40,413 nt of DNA from Armatimonadota bacterium. Its GTDB lineage: Bacteria; Sysuimicrobiota; Sysuimicrobiia; Sysuimicrobiales; Humicultoraceae. Position numbers and translations under genes: made by a program. Shown one piece after another: positions 26,615-34,899 of the stretch. The DNA lies in contig JBBIOM010000003.1 in assembly GCA_037443365.1 (NCBI GenBank), positions 75,959-116,371 of the forward strand. Direction: 5' to 3'. The notes beneath the pieces were generated by a model. That model did not search any database, was not told where the DNA came from, and worked only from the letters and a program-made list of their open reading frames with translations. Each line of letters starts with the position of its first letter. Positions within the stretch are counted from its first letter, which is position 1.

Positions 26615-26643
26615 TTGACAGGCACTGGGGGCGAGCATAGAAT
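26615..26643 (+). promoter_or_regulatory. Near-consensus sigma70 promoter of tRNA-Asp
   Basis: TTGACA (26615-26620), 17-nt spacer, TAGAAT (26638-26643). Confidence 0.85.
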
Positions 26644-26672
26644 TGGCTTCGGCGGGAGTGCAATTCCCTCGC

Positions 26673-26751
26673 GGGGGCGTGGTGTAGCCTGGTTCAACAC
26701 ACCTGCCTGTCACGCAGGAGACCGCGGGTTCAAATCCCGTCGCTCCCGCCA
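26673..26751 (+). tRNA. tRNA-Asp (GTC), CCA encoded
   Basis: Acceptor GGGGGCG/CGCTCCC, anticodon arm CCTGC-CTGTCAC-GCAGG, T-arm GCGGG-TTCAAAT-CCCGT, 3' GCCA. Confidence 0.97.
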
Positions 26752-26781
26752 CCTCTCTTTGTCCTCTAGGTGAACCCGGGC

Positions 26782-27699
26782 GTGTCGGAACAGAGCCTGC
26801 GGTGTGTGCTCGTTGCCGGGGCTTCGGGCCCTGTAGGCCGGGCGCTGCTGCGCGCGCTGCGTGAGCAGGGCGCGGATGTCCGCCGCCTTGTGCGGCGCAC
26901 GCCAGCCGGTCCCCATGAGGCGGCATGGGATCCACGGGCCGGTACGCTGGATCCGGCAGCCCTGGACGGCGTGGACGCCATCGTGAACCTTTCCGGCCGG
27001 AGCATTGCTGCACCCAGGTGGACTTCCTCGGTGCAGAGAGAGATCCTTGAAAGCCGCGTGCGCTCGACTCGTCTCCTGGTGGATGCGATCCGAGGGGTCT
27101 CACCGGTGCCGCGCGTGCTGGTATCGGTATCTGCCGTCGGGTTCTACGGCGACCGGGGCGACGAGGTGCTGGATGAATCGTCCGCGCCAGGTCGCGGTTT
27201 CCTGTCCCGCGTCGCGCAGGCCTGGGAATCCGAGGCGGCGGCCGCAGGGCAGATGGGAGTGCGGGTCGTCTTCGCCCGACTAGGCATCGTGCTCGCGCGC
27301 GACGGCGGCGTCCTGGGCACGCTGCTGCCGCTGTTCCGCCTGGGGCTTGGCGGCCGGTTGGGAAGCGGGCGGCAGTGGTGGAGCTGGATACACGTTGACG
27401 ACGTGGCGTCCATCCTTGTCGCCGCGGTGCGCGACGGCTCGCTGGAGGGGCCGGTCAACGCCGTCTCACCCGCGCCCGCAACGAATCAGGAGTTCACGCA
27501 CGCTCTGGCCTCCGCGCTGGGGCGCCCGGCCGTCCTGCATGTGCCGGCGGTCGCCCTGCGCCTGGGCGGCGGCGCCATGGCCGAGGAGATGATGCTGGCC
27601 AGTCAGCGGGCCATTCCCTCGAAGCTGCGGGCGCAAGGGTTTCGCTTTCGCTGGCCAGAACTTGGGCCGGCGCTGCGCGATCTCATCTCCTGCGCCTGA
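26782..27699 (+). CDS. TIGR01777-family (YfcH-like) NAD-dependent epimerase/oxidoreductase
   Basis: GASGPVG, VNLSGRSI, SAVGFYG, RLGIVL, GLGGRLGSGRQWWSWIHVDD and GFRFRWP. Start may instead be 26770. Confidence 0.9.
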   Translation: MSEQSLRCVLVAGASGPVGRALLRALREQGADVRRLVRRTPAGPHEAAWDPRAGTLDPAALDGVDAIVNLSGRSIAAPRWTSSVQREILESRVRSTRLLVDAIRGVSPVPRVLVSVSAVGFYGDRGDEVLDESSAPGRGFLSRVAQAWESEAAAAGQMGVRVVFARLGIVLARDGGVLGTLLPLFRLGLGGRLGSGRQWWSWIHVDDVASILVAAVRDGSLEGPVNAVSPAPATNQEFTHALASALGRPAVLHVPAVALRLGGGAMAEEMMLASQRAIPSKLRAQGFRFRWPELGPALRDLISCA

Positions 27700-29449
27700 C
27701 CCTCGCCCCTGTCTCGCGCACGGTGGCCTCGGCCAGCTCCGCGGCCAGTGATAGCGTAAACCCAACGGCGTTCAGGTCCCGCACCGCACGCACCTCCAGG
27801 TACCGCGCCTCCTCGGGGCCCGCGGAGGCAAGCGCGCGTGCCGCCTCCAGCAGCGGGGTGTCGTGCTGCTCCAGCGCCGCGTCGTGATCGAACCGCCCGG
27901 TTCGCGTGTAATCGGCGGGAATCAGCACTCGCCCCAGTGCCATCAGGCCGCTGTTCAGGGCGCGTATCGCCGGTGTGCGCGGCGCGGAGCGCAGCGCCTG
28001 GGCGCGCCGGTTGAGGGCTTCAGTCGCCTCCACCAGACGCCGCGCCTCGGCGATCACCGACCGGAGGTCCAAGCGCCGCCCGGTGCTCCGCTGCAACGTC
28101 CTGAGCCTGCCGAGCCAGTGGCGAGCCGTCGCGTGGTAGTCGAGCGGTAGGACCGGCTCGGTGGCCAGGGCCCAGGCGACGCCCAGGTAGATCCTGCAGT
28201 CACGCTCGAGCGCGCCCGGGTCGATCTTGTCGGGCAGGTCCTCGACGGTGTGCCACCACCACCCCAGGCCTCCTGTGGTTCCTCCGGTGCGGATGCTGAA
28301 ATCGCGGCTGGCTTCGGCCGAGTCCGCGGGTTGCTCGGACAGGCTCATTAGCAGCGAAGGGATGCCGATGCCCAGGAACGACTGGTCCCCGGCCCGGCCG
28401 ACGCGGCCTCCCTCGAACCGGCCACCGGTCACCTCTGCGATGATGCTATCGGCCACCGCGCGCGTCTCCGGCATCGCGTAGGCATGAGGGTTGACAACCG
28501 CGCCGCGGCCACCGACCGAATCCACGTACACGTGCGCCACGCAACGGGCGTCCATCTCCTGCCAGTGATGGTCCGCGTACCACGTGGATCCCGAGTAGCG
28601 GCCGTGCGAGTGCCCGGACCAGAACGCTATGCGCACCCCCCTGTAGCGCCGCGCGCGTGCCAGCACGCGCGCGACCTCGAGCATCGTGGCGTTGGCCGTG
28701 CCGTTGTCCATCGCGCCGCGGTGCCACGAATCCAGGTGCCCGGCCAGCAGCACGAACGTGTCCTCGACCTCGCCGGGCAGGTCGGCCACAAGCAGCGGGG
28801 TCTTGCGCCAGCGCGTGTCCACGCTTGCCTCGATGCGCGCGCGCAGGTCTCCTGCGCTGGCGGCCTCGCGGAGGTGATCTCGCTGCGGGCCTGCCACAGA
28901 CACCACCGGCACTCGGGGCAGGCTCCGCGCGCCCTCGGGCGGGGGGCTGCCCCAGACCGGGGAGACGATCATCTCGTGCACCAGGGGATCGCGGTTCAGG
29001 AAGACCAACCCCACGGCCCCGGCTGCCTCGGCGGCGTACACCCGATCAGGCGTGGCCAGCCCGTCAATCAGCGCGATCTTGCCTGTCGGGTCCGCGGCAG
29101 CCAGCTCGGCAGGCCCGCCGCTGCCGGCATACACTACCGGGGCCTCGATGCCTGTGTGCCCGGTGCTCGCGGCGAAGGAGTGCGTGATGCATGCCACAGG
29201 GCGCGCCGCGCCGCCGGCGGGTGTGACCAGGAGCGAGGCAGGACCAGGCAGGCTGATGAGGGCGTCGTGCATGATCAGGCGCGTGGAGCACCCTGCCGCG
29301 CGCAGCCGGCGCCGAACATAGCGGAAGGACTCCATCTCCTCTGTTGTTCCGGACAGCCGCACCCACCGGGCCAGGGCCTCGACGTCGGCCACGAGCCTCC
29401 TGACGCTGACCTGATCGTAAGGGGCACCGCTTCTCTTGCCGCTTGCCAT
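27683..29449 (-). CDS. M28-family metallohydrolase with PA domain and TfR-like C-terminal helices
   Basis: RLSGT, PA domain (GKIALIDG), AGHLDSW, GAMDNGT, YVDS, GDQSF and WWHTVED. The canonical GEE is replaced by GHSHG. Confidence 0.8.
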   Translation of the reverse strand: MASGKRSGAPYDQVSVRRLVADVEALARWVRLSGTTEEMESFRYVRRRLRAAGCSTRLIMHDALISLPGPASLLVTPAGGAARPVACITHSFAASTGHTGIEAPVVYAGSGGPAELAAADPTGKIALIDGLATPDRVYAAEAAGAVGLVFLNRDPLVHEMIVSPVWGSPPPEGARSLPRVPVVSVAGPQRDHLREAASAGDLRARIEASVDTRWRKTPLLVADLPGEVEDTFVLLAGHLDSWHRGAMDNGTANATMLEVARVLARARRYRGVRIAFWSGHSHGRYSGSTWYADHHWQEMDARCVAHVYVDSVGGRGAVVNPHAYAMPETRAVADSIIAEVTGGRFEGGRVGRAGDQSFLGIGIPSLLMSLSEQPADSAEASRDFSIRTGGTTGGLGWWWHTVEDLPDKIDPGALERDCRIYLGVAWALATEPVLPLDYHATARHWLGRLRTLQRSTGRRLDLRSVIAEARRLVEATEALNRRAQALRSAPRTPAIRALNSGLMALGRVLIPADYTRTGRFDHDAALEQHDTPLLEAARALASAGPEEARYLEVRAVRDLNAVGFTLSLAAELAEATVRETGARVRRRR

Positions 29450-29460
29450 CGCGCGCCTCC

Positions 29461-30246
29461 TCATCCCAGCATCCACCGCCCGCCGTCCACGCTGAGCGTC
29501 TGTCCGGTTACGTATCCGGCCTCCTGCGAGGCGAAGAAGAGCACGGCGTGCGCTATCTCCTCGGGCCTGCCCAGGCGCTTGATCGCCAGCGCGTCGAAGA
29601 AGGCCCGCTGTCCTTCGGCTCCGAGCGCGTCCCACTGGCGCCGGGACGACGGGTTCGAGAGCACGAACCCGGGCGCCACCGAGTTGGCGGTTATCCCGAA
29701 CTGCCCCAACTCACGGGCGATCTGCCGGGTGAACCCGATGAGTCCTGCCTTGGCGCTCGCGTAGGCCTGTATTCCTGTCTGGCTGTAGCTCCTGCCGGCG
29801 CCGGACGAGATCGTGATGACACGTCCCCATCCCCGCGCCTTCATTCCTGGGGCCACCTCGCGCACAAGGAGGAACGCCGCCTCCAGGTTGACGGCCACTA
29901 TCGCGCGCCAGGCGTCTTGTGAGACCTCTTCCACCGGCTGCCCCACCTGCCCAAGCACACCCCCGGCGGAGTGCACCAGGATGTCTATGCCGCCGTCTCT
30001 TGCGTTGATCTCGGTTGTGAGCGCGCGCACGGCACCAGGGTTGCTGACGTCCGCGACCCGCCCCTCGGCCACGCCGCCGGCTTCGCGACACCGGCGCACG
30101 GCTTCCCTGAGCGGGTCTTCCAGGATATCGCACGCCCACACCCTGGCCCCGGCGCCTGCCAGCGCCTCGGCTATCGCGGCGCCGATGCCGTGCGCCGCAC
30201 CGCTCGCGAGCGCCACCTTGCCCGCAAGCCCGCCCCCGCTATGCAT
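29461..30246 (-). CDS. Short-chain dehydrogenase/reductase (FabG-like)
   Basis: SGAAHGIG, HSAGG, ISS, YASAK, NSVAPG and VTGQTLSVDGG. Confidence 0.92.
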   Translation of the reverse strand: MHSGGGLAGKVALASGAAHGIGAAIAEALAGAGARVWACDILEDPLREAVRRCREAGGVAEGRVADVSNPGAVRALTTEINARDGGIDILVHSAGGVLGQVGQPVEEVSQDAWRAIVAVNLEAAFLLVREVAPGMKARGWGRVITISSGAGRSYSQTGIQAYASAKAGLIGFTRQIARELGQFGITANSVAPGFVLSNPSSRRQWDALGAEGQRAFFDALAIKRLGRPEEIAHAVLFFASQEAGYVTGQTLSVDGGRWMLG

Positions 30247-31300
30247 CGTCCGGGCCCTCCGATCCGTAGGCCCTTGCGTTCAGGGCCGCCATCACCGCGA
30301 TGTTGTCCCAGGACATCTGGCGCGTGCCGGATTCGATCTCGAGGATCATGCCACCCAGCATCTCCACAAGTGGGATCGGCAGTCCGTGCCGCCGTGCGCG
30401 GGCACGCAGCTCGCTCACCATTGATTCCACCTCGGTCTTGCGCTTTCGGACCGCCAGATCGCGCCAGATGCCACTCTTCGCCTTCAGGGACTTCCGGTTG
30501 AACGCCACGAGCGCATCGAGGCTGGCCCACATCCTGCCCGCATCGCGCCGCGGGGGAAAGGCGAAGGACGGCGGATCGAAGCCATCAAAGCCCTCGGGCC
30601 GCACGCCCTCGGCCGCGGCCACGGCCAGGACCTCGGCGGCCACGTTGCACAGGACGGGCCGCGCAGCGGGATCAGCCAGCACATCGGCGATCGGCGCGTC
30701 CACCAGCGCCGTGGTCTTCAGCATCGCGCCGTAGGCGTGCTTGCCCCACAGGTAGCCCCAGATGTTCGGTGTGGCCTGCGTGTTGGGGAGGAAGTCGCGC
30801 AGCACCGCCTCCAGCCACCTCAGGCGGCCGCTCGAGGATCCGTCGAGCTCGCCGATGTACAGGGCGCCCGAGCCGCCGTAGAGGATGCGGCCTGGCTCGA
30901 GGTAGTCGGCGCCGAAGTTCACGAACGCCCCGATGGTGCGCTCGCGTCCCACGACGGCGGCGATGCGCTCCTCGTTGAAGCCGTTCTGCATCGAGACGAT
31001 CGCGCCGTTCGCGGCGAGGTGGGGGGCGATCTGCTGCGTGGTCAGATCGGTGTGCATCGTCTTGACGCACAGGAACACCATGCCCAGCGGGCCAAGGAGT
31101 TCCTGCGGGGTGAATGCCGGCGCCCGCACGGTGAAGGTCTCCCCGGCGCCTTCGATCGTCAGCCCGCCCTCGTTGATCGCGTGCACGTGATCGGCGGCCG
31201 CGTCCACGAACGTCACGCCGCGACCGGCACGCACGAGATAGGCGCCGATCGTTCCGCCGATCGCGCCGGCCCCGACTATCGTGATGTGCTCAGGCGACAT
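30239..31300 (-). CDS. Ketopantoate reductase (PanE/ApbA) family oxidoreductase
   Basis: VGAGAIGG, LCVKT, SMQNG, IGELDG, LWGK and SGIWRDL...KTEV. The substrate-binding region is atypical. Confidence 0.85.
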   Translation of the reverse strand: MSPEHITIVGAGAIGGTIGAYLVRAGRGVTFVDAAADHVHAINEGGLTIEGAGETFTVRAPAFTPQELLGPLGMVFLCVKTMHTDLTTQQIAPHLAANGAIVSMQNGFNEERIAAVVGRERTIGAFVNFGADYLEPGRILYGGSGALYIGELDGSSSGRLRWLEAVLRDFLPNTQATPNIWGYLWGKHAYGAMLKTTALVDAPIADVLADPAARPVLCNVAAEVLAVAAAEGVRPEGFDGFDPPSFAFPPRRDAGRMWASLDALVAFNRKSLKAKSGIWRDLAVRKRKTEVESMVSELRARARRHGLPIPLVEMLGGMILEIESGTRQMSWDNIAVMAALNARAYGSEGPDDA

Positions 31301-31325
31301 CCTCTTGTTCCTCCCCCGGGCTTGG

Positions 31326-31354
31326 TTGACCCGACCCCAGGCGGTTGCTAGACT
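31326..31354 (+). promoter_or_regulatory. Sigma70 promoter of tRNA-Phe
   Basis: TTGACC (31326-31331), 17-nt spacer, TAGACT (31349-31354), with an extended TG motif. Confidence 0.75.
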
Positions 31355-31367
31355 ACCAGGTGCGGGT

Positions 31368-31443
31368 GCCGGGGTAGCTCAGGTGGTAGAGCGGCGGCCT
31401 GAAGAGCCGCGCGTCGGCAGTTCAACTCTGTCCCCCGGCACCA
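31368..31443 (+). tRNA. tRNA-Phe (GAA), CCA encoded
   Basis: Acceptor GCCGGGG/CCCCGGC, D-arm GCTC/GAGC, anticodon arm GCGGC-CTGAAGA-GCCGC, T-loop TTCAACT, 3' ACCA. 76 nt. Confidence 0.97.
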
Positions 31444-31454
31444 GATCCTGACCA

Positions 31455-33206
31455 TCAGAGATCCTCTCTGGGTAGCAGCACGCGGTCGCCGGTGACGTCC
31501 CACAGCCCGCGGTAGGTCAGCCGGATGTAGGGCAGCGAATCGAACCCCAAGAACAGCAGGCTGTAGGCCAAATCGTGGTGCGTGTATCCGCGCGCGCGCA
31601 GCAGGGCGGTGAGCGTCTCCAGGTCGGCGGCCACATCACGCATGGCTCGTGGCGACATCAGCCCACCCAGCGGAAGAGGAAGCTCGAAGATCACGGCTCC
31701 GCCCTCTGCCAGGACCACGCCGCCGCCCAGGTCCAGGGCGCGCGACGCGGCCCGGGCCATGTCCGTCGGGTCGCATCCCAGCACGTACATTCCCCCGCCG
31801 CTTGTGTAGGTCGTCGCGAGGCCGCCCAGGCGATCCGCAAAACCCGACAGCAGGGCGCGGCAGCGCCAACCGCCGGCGGGGTCCAGCAGGACCAGGCGAA
31901 GCACGCCCTCGGGCAGATCCTCCCCGATCGAGGAGGCGTGCACGATCGGAACGTCGCGGCGGCGCGTGATGACGGTGTTCTCGAAGTGCATCGCGGGAGC
32001 CGGGGAAGGCAGCCCCTCCAGGGAGAAGAACGATGCTTCGGGACGCCATCCGCCCGGGGTGTACGGCCGCAACCAGCGATCCCATGGCATCGCCGGGATG
32101 TCCACCACGAGGCGGCCGTCCTCTGCCACCCGCTGCCCGGCCGCGAACACCGACTGCGGCATCGGGCGGTCGAGGTCCTCGAGCACGACGAGGTCGGCCC
32201 GACGCCCCGGCGCCAGGCCGCCCAGCTCCTCGTCCAGCCCGAAGTAGGTCGCCGGATTGATGGTGGCCATCTGGTAGGCGGCCACAGGGTCCACGCCGAG
32301 GCCCAGCGCCACCCCCAGCACGTACTCCACGTATCCCTTGTCGCGCACGAAGACGGCGTTGGGCCCATCGGGCGTCAGCATGACACGGCCGGAGAAGGCG
32401 CGGCTGCCCGTCATGACCGGTGCCAGCGCCGGGAGGTCCGGGCGCAGCGATCCATGGCGCAGCATGACGTAGAGCCCAGAGCGCAGTCGCGCCAGGGCTT
32501 GTTCGGCGGTGATCGCCTCGTGATCGGACGAGAAGCCCGCGGCGGCCAGCACCTGCAGCCTGTCGGATGAGACGCCCGGCGCGTGCCCCTCGACGCGCCG
32601 TCCGGCTGCGACCCCGCGCGCGATGCGATCGAGCAGATCAGGGTCGCCCGCATACACCTGCGTCCACCGCGTGATCTCTCCCAGGGTACGGACGTCGTCC
32701 TGCCCAAGCATCTGCCGCAGGCGCTCCTCGCCCATGGCCGTGCGGTCGTGCGGGCTGTGCGCCTGGCCGTGCAGCCGGAGGAACCAGAAGTATCGAAGGG
32801 GCAGCGCGGACAGCGACGAGAGCGCGGGAATCGTAGTCTCCGGCAGGGTCAGGTTCAGCACCATCAAGGTGTCGGCCACGATGGCCGTGGTGCCCCGCGG
32901 GAGCACCGCGCGCGCCAGCTCGTCCGGGGTGTACATCGCCTGAGGGTGTCCGTGCGGGTCGATGTACCCCGGGGCAATCACCCTATCGCGCGCATCCACC
33001 ACGAGCGTGGAAGGCCCGGCTTCGGGCGGGCGCTCACCCACGTATGCTATGCGCCCGGCGACCGCGGCCACGCTGGCAGGCAGGACCTCGCCCGAGTAGA
33101 CGTTGAGGACGCGTCCTCCTCTTATGAGCAGGTCCGGGGGCGCCTCCCCTCTGGCCACCGCCATCATCGCCCGGACCTCGTCTGGCGTTCGGTAGGTGCG
33201 CCTCAC
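31455..33206 (-). CDS. Adenine deaminase family amidohydrolase (YerA-like subgroup)
   Basis: PDLLIRGGRVLNVYSGE, PGYIDPHGH, VEGHAP, SSDHE, LTPDG, MATINPA, GGLAPGRRAD and C-terminal LPLPLGGLMS. Start is GTG 33206 or ATG 33215. Confidence 0.88.
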   Translation of the reverse strand: MRRTYRTPDEVRAMMAVARGEAPPDLLIRGGRVLNVYSGEVLPASVAAVAGRIAYVGERPPEAGPSTLVVDARDRVIAPGYIDPHGHPQAMYTPDELARAVLPRGTTAIVADTLMVLNLTLPETTIPALSSLSALPLRYFWFLRLHGQAHSPHDRTAMGEERLRQMLGQDDVRTLGEITRWTQVYAGDPDLLDRIARGVAAGRRVEGHAPGVSSDRLQVLAAAGFSSDHEAITAEQALARLRSGLYVMLRHGSLRPDLPALAPVMTGSRAFSGRVMLTPDGPNAVFVRDKGYVEYVLGVALGLGVDPVAAYQMATINPATYFGLDEELGGLAPGRRADLVVLEDLDRPMPQSVFAAGQRVAEDGRLVVDIPAMPWDRWLRPYTPGGWRPEASFFSLEGLPSPAPAMHFENTVITRRRDVPIVHASSIGEDLPEGVLRLVLLDPAGGWRCRALLSGFADRLGGLATTYTSGGGMYVLGCDPTDMARAASRALDLGGGVVLAEGGAVIFELPLPLGGLMSPRAMRDVAADLETLTALLRARGYTHHDLAYSLLFLGFDSLPYIRLTYRGLWDVTGDRVLLPREDL

Positions 33207-33294
33207 GGCGCCCATTGTAGCATGGGCAGGAACGGGAAGGCCGGGGCTGAAACGCACCCATGGAACCGCGAGCAGGACGAACGGAGGTGGGGGG

Positions 33295-33951
33295 ATGGAG
33301 ATTCGCTTCTTCGGGCACGCGATGTTTGGCCTGACCGTTGAGGGCACGACGGTCGTGATTGATCCTTACAACGCGGAGGTCGGGTATCCCAGACCGGATG
33401 TCTCACCCGACGCCGTGGTCACCAGCCACGAGCACTCCGACCACGGTAGCCTCGACCTGGTCCGGGGACATCCCAAGGTGCTGCGCGGCCTGGCTCAGGA
33501 AGGCAAGACCTGGGCCGGGCTCGACACGCGGGTGGGTCCGATGCGCGTCTTCGGCGTACCGACATACCACGATCTCGTAGAGGGGAGCGCGCGCGGGAAG
33601 AACTCGGTTACGGTCGTTGAGGCCGAGGGCCTGCGCGTGGCACACCTGGGCGACCTGGGGCATGTCCTTGCGCCCGAGCAGGTGCGCGCGATCGGTCCAC
33701 TCGACGTCGTCATGATACCGGTGGGCGGGCACTTCACCATCGGCCCCGCCGAGGCCGATCAGGTCATCGCGCAGCTAGGGCCACGCGTTGTGATCCCCAT
33801 GCACTACAAGACCGAGTTCAACGCCTCCTGGCCGATCGGCACGCTCGACGACTTCATCCGTGGCAAGGCAGGCGTCAGGCGGGTGGGGACGGCGGTGGCC
33901 ATCTCGCGAGCCGCGCTGCCCGCGGAGCAGGAGATCTGGGTCCTTGCCTGA
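33295..33951 (+). CDS. MBL-fold metallo-hydrolase (Lactamase_B_3-like)
   Basis: FFGHAMF, IDPY, TSHEHSDH, HLGDLGH, IPVGG and IPMHY. SD GGAGG. Confidence 0.9.
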   Translation: MEIRFFGHAMFGLTVEGTTVVIDPYNAEVGYPRPDVSPDAVVTSHEHSDHGSLDLVRGHPKVLRGLAQEGKTWAGLDTRVGPMRVFGVPTYHDLVEGSARGKNSVTVVEAEGLRVAHLGDLGHVLAPEQVRAIGPLDVVMIPVGGHFTIGPAEADQVIAQLGPRVVIPMHYKTEFNASWPIGTLDDFIRGKAGVRRVGTAVAISRAALPAEQEIWVLA

Positions 33952-34023
33952 CGCGAACATCAGGTCGAGGCCTGATAGGCTCTCCCGGAGCGCCTGCCTA
34001 TGCTTGTGGCGGTGTGCGAACCT

Positions 34024-34899
34024 ATGGATGATAACCCGGATAGCCGATTCCTGATCCTAGGCAAGTGGACGTTGGCCCCCACGATCGCGAAGTTCCGGAT
34101 AAGGGCTCCCTACATCGCCCGGAAGCACAAGGCCGGCAACTTCGTGATCGTCCGGCTCGACGAGACGGGCGAGCGCATTCCCCTGACGGTCGTGGAATCC
34201 GACCCGGCAGAGGGCTCCATCACGCTGATCGTCCAGGCTGTCGGGAAGACGACCAAGACGCTGTGCGCGATGAAGGCAGGGGAAGCGATCTCTGACGTTG
34301 TCGGCCCCCTGGGCAACCCCACCCCGATCCACGAATACGGCGCGGTCGCCTGCGTGGGCGGCGGGGTGGGCACCGCCGAGCTGCTGCCGATCGCGCGAGC
34401 CCTGCGTGACGCGGGCAACACGGTGCACACGATCGTCGGTGCACGCACGCGTGAGCTCGTCATCCTCGAGGATGAGATGCGCGGCTGCTCGGCCACCCTT
34501 GCCGTAACCACCGACGACGGATCCTACGGGCGCAAGGGGCTCGTGACTGATGCCCTCTCTTCCCTCCTGGATGAGCACCCGGAGATCACCGTCGTCTACG
34601 CGATCGGGCCGCTGGTCATGATGAGGGCCGTCGCTACGCTCGCCGCCCAGCGGGGGCTTAGGACCGTGGTCAGCCTGAACACGATCATGATTGACGGAAC
34701 CGGCATGTGCGGCGGCTGCCGCGTGACGATTGGCGGGAAGACGAGGTTCGCGTGCGTGGACGGCCCGGAGTTCGACGCGGCCGGAGTGGACTTCGACGAG
34801 CTCATCGCGCGGAATCGGTCCTACCTGGACATGGAGCGGATCGCCGACGAGCGGTGTTCCTGCCGGATTGCCGCCGCGTGCGGGGAGGAATCACGGTGA
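34024..34899 (+). CDS. nfnA: NfnA/SudB-like FAD/NAD-binding [2Fe-2S] subunit of NADH-dependent ferredoxin:NADP+ oxidoreductase
   Basis: ERIPLT, GPLGNP, GGGVG, TDDGSYG, IGPLVMM and the DGTGMCGGCR...CVDGPEFD (Asp/Cys3 2Fe-2S) motif. Start uncertain. Confidence 0.85.
   Translation: MDDNPDSRFLILGKWTLAPTIAKFRIRAPYIARKHKAGNFVIVRLDETGERIPLTVVESDPAEGSITLIVQAVGKTTKTLCAMKAGEAISDVVGPLGNPTPIHEYGAVACVGGGVGTAELLPIARALRDAGNTVHTIVGARTRELVILEDEMRGCSATLAVTTDDGSYGRKGLVTDALSSLLDEHPEITVVYAIGPLVMMRAVATLAAQRGLRTVVSLNTIMIDGTGMCGGCRVTIGGKTRFACVDGPEFDAAGVDFDELIARNRSYLDMERIADERCSCRIAAACGEESR

Noticed and set aside
26673..31443. Segment between tRNA-Asp and tRNA-Phe as a tRNA-integrated genomic island
   Set aside because: There is no integrase, I saw no duplicated tRNA 3' end (att site), and composition looks like the flanks.
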